This document shows positions 53,905 through 64,000 of a stretch of 64,000 nt of DNA, in pieces. The DNA is from Lama glama (Eukaryota). Every line of letters starts with the position of its first letter. The stretch's first letter is position 1. Where the stretch lies: positions 5,458,001 to 5,522,000 of the forward strand of contig CM052817.1 in NCBI GenBank assembly GCA_028534125.1, read 5' to 3'. Position numbers and translations under genes: made by a program. The notes under the pieces were generated by a model. That model was not told the origin of the DNA. It made no database searches and saw only the letters and a list, made by a program, of their open reading frames with translations.

Positions 53905-54353
53905 TCACATCTTAATTTCCTGAGGCTGCTGGAACAAACACAGCAAACCGGGTGCTTTAACACAACAGAATTTATTCTCACTGTTCTGGGGGCCAGAAGT
54001 CCCCCAGAAGTCAGGGTTCGGGTAGGGCTGTGCTCCCTCTGAAGGCCTTAGGAGAGGGTTCTTCCTACCTCCTCTGGCTTTGGGAGTGTCAGCAGTCCTT
54101 GGCTCCCTCGGCTTGGACTGAATCCCTCCCATCTCTGCTTCAGCCCCACCCCTTTTCTTCTGTCTCAAATCCCCCTCCTGCAAGGACCCTTGTTGTTGGA
54201 CTTAGGGTCCACCTGGATAATACAGGATTATTCCGTCTGGAGAGCGTTAACCTAATCACATCTGCAAAGAGCCCTTTGCCAAATACGGCAGCAGGCAGAA
54301 GGTCCAGTGACTGGGACGTGGACACCTTTCTTTGGGGCCGCCATTCAGCCCAC
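53905..54353 (-). mobile_element. MLT1 solo LTR
   Basis: acaacagaatttattctcactgttctgggggccagaagt...cacatctgcaaagagccc. Confidence 0.85.
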
Positions 54354-55429
54354 GGGATGCTCATCGGGTGTGGGAGGCCTGGTCCCACGCTTCCAGCCGC
54401 GGCCCCGGTGCTGGGTTAGAACTCGCTCTGGTACCACTTCCCCACCCGGCTTCCGCTGTGCTCATGGGACACCAGCCCCCATGTGGGGCTCAGCTGTGGT
54501 CCCAGACCCAGGCCCTGAAAAACCTGGCAGCCTCTCCCTCGCTCTCCTGAGTGTTTCTCCCACAGCTCCCATCGCAGGGCCCCAGGCACTTGGGAGGTAT
54601 TTCTCACTCCTCTCACTTTTCAGCATAAAACAAGCCAAAGGAGAAACATTCACTGCTTCTTGTCAAAGGGTTCTACAAACCACGCATGGGAGGGTCCACG
54701 TTGACAAGTGCATGTCTTTCGGAGGCACAGGTTTGATCAGCAAGCATTTCTCAGGCACAGTTGGGTGTGGGGACACGAGGAGGAGGCCACTGAATCCTGA
54801 TGTAGGGCCCTCGCTTATGAGGGGAGTGCGCGGCTCCCCAGAGAATCAGAGGCAGAGGCAGCCTGCTCAGATGAAAAAATGGAAGTTCTGAGGCAGCGAA
54901 TCATTTCTAGAGAAAGGGCCAACACTCTGTCTCCTTCCTAACCTCACTGAACCCCCTCGGTGCTCCTCTGTGGAAAGCATTCTGTATTATCCCCACTTTC
55001 AGGAAGAAGAAAGTTGTTCCAGAGAGGGTAGGTAACTTGGCCAAGGTCACACAGCAGCAAGCAGTGAAAGTATGTCTTGAACCCAAATCCCTTTGATTCT
55101 CTTCTCTTTGTTGTGGAGAATAGAACGGGAGTGGACAGAGGTCTGGAAAAACTGTTGTGGAGAAGTGACAGCTGTTCAGGGCCTGATGGTTCAGACTGCT
55201 CGGATGTGCGGGCTGGCCTGCAGCCCGCACTAGGAGGTACAGGTGTAGCAGAAGGAACATGAGACATTTGGACGCAGACACAAGCTCTGCCTCTCGCTGT
55301 CTCAGCCAGATTCCTTAAGCACTGTAAGTCTTAGTTTCCCTGTAGATTAAATGAAGACCCTAATTCCTATTTCTGACAGTTTTCCCAATGAGTAAATTCA
55401 CCTGGTGCTTCTTGGTCCGCCGTGACATG

Positions 55430-56045
55430 TAATCGCTACTCAGCCAATGTTTATGGGTCTTGATTATGGGCTGGTGCCAATGCTGGGCTCTGGAGATTCT
55501 AGATGAAGAGGTGAGAGTCCCTGCACTTCAGGAATTCACAGCCTGGAGAATGAGACATGCCAGATGACTCATTACAGTGCAAGCAGGTGAGAGCTGGGAT
55601 GGGGGTAGGGAGCAGAAGAGATTATGGGAGCAGAGGAGGGAAACTTCAGCTCATTTGGGGACAGTCCTCTGAAAGTCCTCTGAAAGGTTCACAGAGAAGG
55701 TGGTAACTGAGCTGGGTTTTGGAGGGTGTGTAGGAGTTCACTAGGAGGAAACTAAAAAGAAGTAGATTCGGGGCTGAGGGAAGAGTATGGGCAAAGGCAC
55801 CGAGGAATGAAAGAGTATGGCTTATGGTTGGGGGTGGGTGGTGAGGCTGGGAAGACAGGTGATCTGACTGGGAAGCACCTGGCCTTCCAACTGGGCTTGG
55901 ATTTGTCCTTTGTTGGTGGGGAGCTATTGAATGGCTTGTGGCATGGGAGTAACTCGACTGGATTTGTGTTTTGGAAAATCACTCTGCCTGCAGGGTGAAG
56001 GATGGAGGAAAGACCAGTAGGGAGGTAGCAACCAGAGTGGCCACG
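55430..56045 (-). mobile_element. L2 LINE relic
   Basis: gtccctgcacttcaggaattcacagcctggag; gagctgggttttggagggtgtgtaggagtt; gatttgtgttttggaaaatcactctg. Confidence 0.6.
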
Positions 56046-56249
56046 GTACTAGCCCGAAATTCTTCAAAACCTCCTGTCCCACCACGTGCTTCTTGTCTTG
56101 GGGGGCAATTTCTAGGCTGTGACCCCCGTCCCTCCCCCAGGTCCCGCCTCTGTCCCAGACAGTCCCCTTGCCACCTTGGGTGGGTGTAGGCTCCCTAGTG
56201 ATGTTCATCATCACAGGCACCTCAAGTCTTTTCTTTCTGCACCATTTTG

Positions 56250-56830
56250 GACACATTTGCGGTCCCACTGGATATACAGTTGTGTATCCCTTTTCACTTA
56301 GCACAGCGTTCTTCCAAGTTCATACAGACTCCGTAAACATTTTTCTACCAAGCTGATATGCCATTGTTTACTCAATCAATGCCCTGTGGTTAGACATTGA
56401 AGCTATTTCCAGTTTATTTTTTACCATGATTTTTAAAAACACTGTAATAACATCTCTGTACAGAAAATCTGACCACATCTGTTTCCTTAGGAGAGATGTT
56501 TAGCGGTGGGATCACTGCACGGAGCGGCACGGGTCTTTTGGCAGCTCTTGGGGAACACTATCGCATCACTTTCCGAAGGGGGCCACGAGCACTGCATGGC
56601 AGTGACTGTTTCAACACATCATTGCCAGCATTGGCGATTACCATAAAACAACAACAACAACAACTTTCACTAATTCAAAGGACAAGAAATGGTGTCCTGT
56701 GCCCACGGGTATTTGTTTGACCACCAGGGGGATGAACACATTTCCAGGCTTGTTTGCTAGTGACGTTTCCTCCTGTGGCGACATTTCTCCCTGTGTTGCC
56801 TGTTCATACCCTTTGCTTCTGACCTCTTAC
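56250..56830 (-). mobile_element. Ancient L1 (L1ME-like) relic
   Basis: ccattgtttactcaatc...gacattgaagctatttccagttt...aaacatctctgtaca. Confidence 0.55.
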
Positions 56831-57071
56831 AAGTACAGCAGCAGCCCGCAGCCCCCAACCACCAGCGAGGGGAAAAGGCCTGGAGGGAAATTCTAGAAAG
56901 GAAAACAAACCCAAACGGAGCGAAAGCCTCTGTTTTGTCTGGGTGGCGCTGCACAGCCGGCCCCCCACGTGACAGAGCTCTGGGCCCTGCGGGGACTGCC
57001 AGCAGCTCCGCCAGCCTCCTCTGTCTTCCTGTTTTGTGCTACAGCCTGCGGCCAAGAGCAGATGGTGGGCT

Positions 57072-57489
57072 TGTACGGGATTGCGTAGCATCCCCCTAAA
57101 TTCCCATCTACCCGGATCCTCAGAATATGACCTTATTTGGAAACAGGGGCTTGGCAATGCCGTGAATTAGGCTGAGAAGATGCCGAGTAGGGTGGCTCTA
57201 AGCCAACATGACCGGTGTCCTTATAGGAAGAGGAGCGAGACACAGAGACAGACGCGGAGGAGAGGCCATGAAAGGCGGAGGCAGGGCTTAGGGTGATGAG
57301 CCAAAGCCAAGGAGCCCCCAGAGGCTGGAGGAGATCAGAAAGGTCCCTCTCCTGGAGCCATCAGAGCCCGGCACTGAGACTCCTTGACCTGGGACTTCTG
57401 GCTCCCGGGACTGGAAGGGAATAGATTTCTGTCATTTCAAGCCCATGGTTGGTGGCAATTTGTCCCAGCAGCCGCAGGAAAGCAGCCCA
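57072..57489 (+). mobile_element. MLT1 solo LTR
   Basis: cctcagaatatgaccttatttggaaacaggg...ggtgtccttataggaagagg; near-TSD GGGCT/GGGCC. Confidence 0.85.
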
Positions 57490-58407
57490 GGGCCTCCGGC
57501 TGGGCAGGCACAGCTGGCAGGATGGCAGGTGGCCGTGGGCCAGGTCACTGGGTGGCACCAGCTCTGTGCTCTGCTCAGAGGCCGTACCCCGCTGGACGGC
57601 CGGGGAGAGCCCGGCGCGGACGTCAGGGAGCTGGGGCTCAGTCCCAGCCCTGCCACTTGGAGCTGGCTGACCTGGGCCGGTTACATAGCCGCCCCGTGCC
57701 TCAGTTTCCCCTCCTGTAAATCGAGGACACTAACAAGTCCACCGCAGGGCTGTTGTCGGGATCAGCGGCTATGATAAACCAAACAACAGCGGCCTGACAC
57801 ATGTGGTTGCCCGGGAGATGTCATCCTCCTTTCTGGTCCTCCCCAAGCTGCTGCTGCACCAGAATCTCATTGAACCAGCCCCCCAGGGAGCTGCCTGCAG
57901 GGCAAAGTGTGAGAAGCTCTATTGAAACGCAGTGTTTCCCAAACTTTCACCCTGGAAATGGGCTGTGACTGCCCGTTCCCAGACCCCCATCCTGGACTAG
58001 GGGATTCCCACTCAGGGGTAGGGGCTGTGGGGCTGGGAACCACCTAGGGACCCACCTTCCCTGGTGATGGGGGTGGCTCCCACCTGAGCAGGTGGGGCTC
58101 TCCTGCAGGGGGTGCTGGGTAGCCCAACTCAGGCCCGGAGAACCGGGGTGGGGGCTGCAGAGCTCAAATGAGGGGACAGATGGCACAATGCCTAGCACCT
58201 GATCGAAGTGGGTCAGGAGCGTTCTAGAGAGAACTCTTAAATGAATGGATGAGTAAAGATGAACAAATGAACAGGTACCAGACTGGAAAAAGCAGGAAGT
58301 CACTCAGGATTCTTGCAGGAGTGTTCCAGAACCTAGGGACAAGCCTGCACTGTGTCCCCCGCCTGGATCTCATACCTGCATTTAGCTAACACGTACATGA
58401 GGGCCTA

Positions 58408-58448
58408 ACGCGCGCGCGCACACACACACGCACGCACGCACGCACGCC
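58408..58448. repeat. (CG)n(CA)n(CACG)n compound microsatellite
   Basis: acgcgcgcgcgcacacacacacgcacgcacgcacgcacgc. Confidence 0.9.
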
Positions 58449-58644
58449 CAGGGGCTCAGTCCTGAGGAGCCCTGACCTCTCTCTCGTCTCATTCGAGCTC
58501 CCTGCTCTGCCCACCCCCCATGGGGGGTCACGCCCCGCCCTGCCCTGCCGTATCACCTTCCTAGCATTTACCGTTCTCTGAAGATACCTGGGTAATTGTG
58601 TACTTGTCTCCTCCCACTGAAACACAACCCCCGGGAGATCCATG

Positions 58645-58930
58645 TCCTGGTCACAAGGCGGGGTCTGCGGCGTCTGACAGCTTCAGATTTCTCTTTGCTT
58701 CTGTCACGACATCACCTCCTTCTTTTATGTCAAAGCTCCCTCTGCCTCCTTCTCCTAAAGGCCCTTGTGATGACAGGGAGGGCCGCGCCAGGTAATCCAG
58801 GACAACCTCCGCTTCTCAAGATCTTTAACTGAACCACACCTGCAACGCCCCTTCTGCTGTAGAAGGCAGCATTCACTGGTCCGGGGACGAGGACCTGGAG
58901 GGCTTGGGGCGCTGCTGAGCCGACCACGGG
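58645..58930 (-). mobile_element. MLT1 LTR fragment
   Basis: ggtaatccaggacaacctcc...tcaagatctttaactgaaccacacctgcaa. Confidence 0.7.
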
Positions 58931-60434
58931 GCCTCCAGGCAGCGCCCATCGGTGCAGGGCCGGGGAGGGGTTACCTGCTGGGAGCCGGGGCCGGAGGGGC
59001 TGCTGTCAGCAGCATGGGCTCCAGTAACTTGGGTAGTGGGGGTGGGCAGGCTCCAAAGAAGCCACACAAGTGGGCACAGGGCGCCTGCAGGCCTGTGTCT
59101 GCCACGGCCCAGGGCACGCACAGCTGAGAGCGCACCCAGCCCCGCCAGCTGCAGACCGTCCCGCCGTCTCTGCGGCACACCCGACACCCATGCTGGGGCA
59201 GCCAGACACGGCCCCCTGGGGCGCCTGGCCGAGCCTGCAAAGGGTGAGAGGAGCAGTGGGAAAGTTGGGGGGCGCGGCTCCACACCCAGAACCAGGACGG
59301 CGGAACCTGTAAATTAGATGTCAGATAGAAGCCTTGAGAGCCGGCGGGACTGGACCCTTACTGGCCGCGTAATGGTACTCTGAGCAGCCTCTGAGAGCCA
59401 CGGGGGAAGCTGTGGGACCTGTCAGGATCACTTCCGGGGCCAGGAGGAAAGGGGCAGACATGAGAAAGCAGACACTCGCTCCCACTGCCTTCACCAGGGC
59501 CTCTTGTTCAGTAAACTAGTTGCCTCACAGGCAACTGTCCCCTGCGCAGGGGTGGGGAGGGTTTACTGGCAGGAGCGGAATGGTGGGGTAGCGGCTGAGG
59601 GGAGGCAGAGAAGAGGGGAGGGAGGAGGGCATGCCTGGGCAGGAGGGACCTGTGGGATGGTGACAGTAAGCCCTATGGGGGTACGGGCAGTCCGTGATGG
59701 TCTGTGGACTGTGTGTGTGTGTCGGGGGGGGGGTCTATGAGCAGTCCGTGGGTGGCCCACGAGCAGCTGGGAACTGCAGGGACTGTCTGCCTGGAGGGAG
59801 TGGGGGGTGGGGAACTGGGGGGTCCACGTGGGCGTAGTGGGGTCTGAGTGACAGAGCTCCAGCTCAGCCACATGCTACCACCTGGGACTTCAGGGAGGAT
59901 GTGGGGACACCCTGTGGGCACCCTGAACCTCCTCTGATCCCCCATCCATCACTGAGACCAAGTGAGAGGCCGGGGTGCTGTTCTAAGACCTGAGCGTGGT
60001 CCTGGCCACCACCGACTCCAGGAAGGGCCCCAAGTCTCTGGCCGGCCCCAGGCCACCCTTCCTCCCCACAAGCCCCACAAGAGCCAGGCTGACGGGGGAA
60101 GCTGGTCCCTGTGGGCACAGCTGGCTTGGAGCCCAGCTTCCCTTGAGTTTCTTTGTACAGGTGGGAGGCCTGTTTGGAAAGCTCGGATTGCATCCCTGTG
60201 TCCTCTGAGGGGCTCACAGGTAGGGCCAGGAGGCCACTGGAGGGCCCCATTCAACGGCACGCAGAGGGGGCTTCTGGCTGCAACTGGCAGAAGTTGGGAC
60301 TCAGTCTTTGCATTCAGGGAAATTGAGTCCCAGAGCCTCATGGCAACCAAGGTGGGAAAAACAGCGTGGGAAACAAAGAGAAAGGGGTCCTGGAAGAGGT
60401 GGCGTTGGAGCAGGCCTGACATCGACTCCTCTGG

Positions 60435-60845
60435 CTATTCCATTGTGTAGTGAGATCTAGACCATATTTTGTTCATTCATTTGTCTGTTGATGGACAATT
60501 GGGCTGTTTCCACCACTGACTCCTGTGAGTGATGCTGCTGTGAACATGGATGGGCAGATGTATCTTCTACTCTCAATTCTTTGGCTATATACCCACACAT
60601 GGGTTTGCTGGGTTAATTTTTAATTTTTTAAAAAAGTTAACTTAAAATTTTTAATTTAAATTAATTTTTAAAATTTTAAATTAAAAAAAATTTTGTGGAG
60701 TCTCTGTGCTGTTTTCCATAGGTTGCCCCATTTTATATCCCCACCAATGTTGCACAAGGGTTTCAATTTCTTCACATCCTTACCAACATTTGTTATCTTC
60801 ATTCTTTTTTTTTCCCTAGTAACCATCCTAATGGGTGTAAGGTCA
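60435..60845 (-). mobile_element. LINE-1 3' fragment
   Basis: tattccattgtgta...cattcatttgtctgttgatggaca...ccatcctaatgggtgtaagg. Confidence 0.85.
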
Positions 60846-61619
60846 GATTTGTTCTCTGTTTGACAAAATCGATAATATTTGTGAGCACTCACTAAGCTCC
60901 AAGCACCAGGGGATGCATGTGGGGAGGCTGAGGGTGAGGAGGTGACGCTGCCCTGTTTCACCAGGAGGGTCTGTGCCCAGCAGAGGCTCAGGGCTGCTGG
61001 TGCATCAATGGGTGAATGATGGTGTCGGGGCTGTGAGGCGCCCCCACCCGTCCACTCAGGGGAGGGGCACGTACCAGCGAGAGATGGATGCTCAGAGACC
61101 AGCTCAAAGACTCACCAGACTGTGAGGAGGAAAGATAACGGCTAGAGGAGCACAGCCTGGTGGCCCAGAACACAGGTGATGGGATTCTAGGACATTCACT
61201 CCTGAAGGGACACGGGGACCATTTCATCTGGGGGCCGAGAAGACATTCCTCTTTGGTGCTGCTGGTCTGGTCGGCCATGTCTGCCAGGAGTGCAGTGCTG
61301 GGAGGAGTGTGGTCAGTGAGAAAGTGCAGGTCCGGGCGAGCAGTGGCAAACACCCTGGGATGGCCTGTCGCATGCCTGGGAACAGGGCTCCTCCCTGCCG
61401 GCGCCTGGCTGGCCAAGCCCTGCGGTTTGGGCCGAGCCCAGAGCCTGTGGATTCCCATACCAGCTGTTCCTCTGCCATGAAAACCAACACCAGCTGCTGC
61501 AAGACGACTGTAGAATCTTAAAACCACAGAGCTGAAGGGAGACTTAGACTCTAGTCTGCTGCTTCCCAAAATGATGATTTCATGGAAAAAGAACTTCAGT
61601 GGCTAAAAAATTCAAAATA

Positions 61620-61742
61620 TGTTTTGGTGGAGGGGTAGATAATTAAGTCTATTTATTTATTTTAGAGGAGGTACTGGGGATTGAACTCAGGACCTTGTGC
61701 ATGCTAAGCATGCACTCTACCACTTGAGCTATACCCTCCCCC
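61620..61742 (-). mobile_element. tRNA-derived SINE (same family as 41009)
   Basis: Reverse complement reads ggggagggtatagctcaagtggtagagtgcatgcttagcatgcacaaggtcctgagttcaatccccagtacctcc. Confidence 0.92.
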
Positions 61743-61974
61743 TAAAATAATTTAAAAATTAAAAATAAAAAGGCCAGTTAACACTTATTTTTGAGCACCG
61801 CCTGGTGTCCAGCACTGCAGTAAGCACACTGGACCCATCAGTTCTATTAAGGTGGTCAGCAGAGCCCTTAGGGAATGCTGAGATTCCACTAACAGATTCC
61901 CTCTTTGCTTTGGCCACCAGGAATCTCATGGCTGAAGGCAAAGCTCATGTGTGTAAACAGACAGGACTCTTTAT

Positions 61975-62391
61975 AGCGAGAGTTTGCTAGGGCCGCCATA
62001 ACTAAGTACCACCGCTGAGGGGCTTAAATGACAGACATTTATTGCCTCAGAATTCTGGAGACCAGAGTCAACATCAAGATGGTGGCAGGGCGATGGCCCT
62101 CTGAAGGTGCTGAGGAAGAGTCTGTTCCCGACTTCCCCTCCTGTTTTCTTGGCTGTGGTAGCAGGACTGTAATCATCACATGGCCTTCTCCCTGTGTCTG
62201 TGCCCCCATTTCTCCTTTTATAGGGACGCCAGTCATCCTGGGTTAGGGCCCCACCCTCCTCCAGTATGACCTCATCTTAACTTGTACGATTATACCTGAA
62301 TGACCCAACTCCCAAACAGCGTCACGTCCTGAGGTCCTGGGGGTTCCCCATACAGAACGAGGGGGCACACATGAACATTCAGTCCACAACA
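61975..62391 (-). mobile_element. MLT1 solo LTR
   Basis: agtttgctagggccgccataac...gggttagggccccaccct...tatgacctcatcttaac. Confidence 0.85.
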
Positions 62392-63230
62392 AGTCTCAAC
62401 CGTACATACCACGCATGACATGCTGTATGTTACACACATCCCGACATCCCCATGTGTGCAACATACAGACACACCCTGGTTTTACGTTATCCCCTGCCTC
62501 TATTTTCTCTTTGTCTCCTTGGATATTTTAGAAATATAAACATCTATTTGTCTTTCTATAGTCTTGGAGGAAAGCAAGTCTTAATAAATAACAAAATAAT
62601 GGAACTGTGCTGTGTTGATGTGCAGGGGCCAGCTGGCTGGAAATGCGGTGACACTCCCCGCAGTGCCCTCAAGGCCACTGGCTTTCACACTGTCCTCCCT
62701 GGAGTCTCTGGGGGTCTCACGGAGCCCCCTCAGGGTCTATGGCCATGCAGGCAGGGCTCCGGCCCCACCCTCGGGGAACCCCAGCTCTGTGGGATGGGCT
62801 TCGTGAGCCACGTGGCAGGTGAACAGCCCACGCTCACGATCGCTTGGGAAACCCTGAGGCCAAACCAGCCGCAGCGGGTCAGCCGGCAGGAAGCAGCAGC
62901 TCCTCTCAAAGCTGTTATTACACCGTCTCTGACTTTTTTCCTACAGTTGAAGGGTTGGGCAGTCTACTGCCAAGGGCCCTGGTAAAATCACCTGGTAATT
63001 TGACAATCTCAGGGACCAAAAGTGAAATGACCAACTTCCTTTAGCAGGTGGCCTTGTCTGTCACTGGACTTGCTGCTGGGGTCTCTCGGAATCACAGGCA
63101 GATTCATGACCTGGGTCGCTCAGCAGACTACTGGCGGCAGGCCCTGGGGACACAGGCACAGCTGCCTTCCCAGGGTCCCCTGGCCGCCCCTCCGTGCCAC
63201 GGACTCTGGCCTGCCCTGTGTCTTGCTCTA

Positions 63231-63619
63231 TGTTATGGACTGAATGGTGACACCCCCTAAATTCATATGTTGAAGCGCTCACCTCTAGAACTCAGAATGT
63301 ACCTGTATTTGGAGATAGAGTCTTTAAAGAGGTAATTGAGGTAAAATGAGGTCATAACAGTAGGCCCTGATCCAATATGACCGGTGTCCTTATAAGAAGT
63401 GGGGATCAGGACACAGACACCACAGAGGGACGACCGTGCGAGGACACAGGGAGAAGACGGCCGTCTACAGGCCGAGGAGAGAGGCCTCAGAAGGAACCAA
63501 CCCTGCCCACACCTCGACCTCAGGCTCCCTGCCTCCAGGACTGGGAGAAAATTAATCTCCCTTGTTTCAGCCGCCCAGTCTGCAGTGCTTTGTTTGGGCA
63601 GTCCTGGCAAAGGGATACA
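63231..63619 (+). mobile_element. MLT1 solo LTR (MLT1A/B-like)
   Basis: TG...CA ends with perfect 5-bp TSD CTCTA (63226-63230 and 63620-63624). Confidence 0.92.
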
Positions 63620-64000
63620 CTCTATATTTGGAAGTAAACCAAATTCAGGCATAAATTAAATAATAAACAAGAGAAAATTCTATGTCTGCACCAAACTTTG
63701 ATTTCTGTTAGAAATAAATTTCCAAAAAAGGGGTAAAATTCTGCCTCTCACACAGACATGAAAATGAGTATCTGTTAAAGATTTGACTGAACAAGTTAAT
63801 CTGGGGGGACTGGGCAGATGTTCTAACTGGCTCAGCAGAGAACTCACAGAACAGACACACTTTTGGGTCAGGAATATGGAAATGGTGTGAAATGGAGGCA
63901 GGTTGGGTTTTCGCATCAGGAGAGAAGCCAGCTGAACCTCTGCAGGACAGGACAGGGGCCAAGAGAATTGTTTTGCATTCCTATGGGCGCCAGGCTGAGT

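Noticed and set aside
55663..55686. Short tandem duplication of gtcctctgaaa
   Set aside because: Two-unit slippage inside an L2 relic; no array structure

Overview
This is GC-rich mammalian genomic DNA, not prokaryotic. A tRNA-derived SINE and the L1 3' ends suggest a camelid, which is an inference. Two spliced genes converge tail to tail. The last four coding exons and 3'UTR of STX18 (syntaxin-18) lie on + at 1463-~6400. The complete coding sequence of NSG1 (NEEP21, 185 aa) lies on - in four coding exons from 30031 down to 7910, with a CpG-island promoter at ~29.5-31.0 kb. All coding exons were checked by hand for GT/AG boundaries and frame. The poly(A) signals of the two genes cross (6327-6332 on -, 6379-6384 on +), so their 3' ends probably overlap. 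The 31-64 kb region is intergenic and rich in repeats: 13 of the 14 MLT1 (ERVL-MaLR) LTRs, one intact ERV1-type solo LTR, nested L1/SINE insertions, and MIR, L2 and hAT relics. Almost all ORFs in the supplied track look like chance ORFs. I found no evidence of a new multi-gene system. The best leads are regulatory: the 3' overlap, a candidate intronic RFX/AP-1 enhancer, alternative first exons and the solo LTR. Repeat family names come from recalled consensus patterns, not from a database search.
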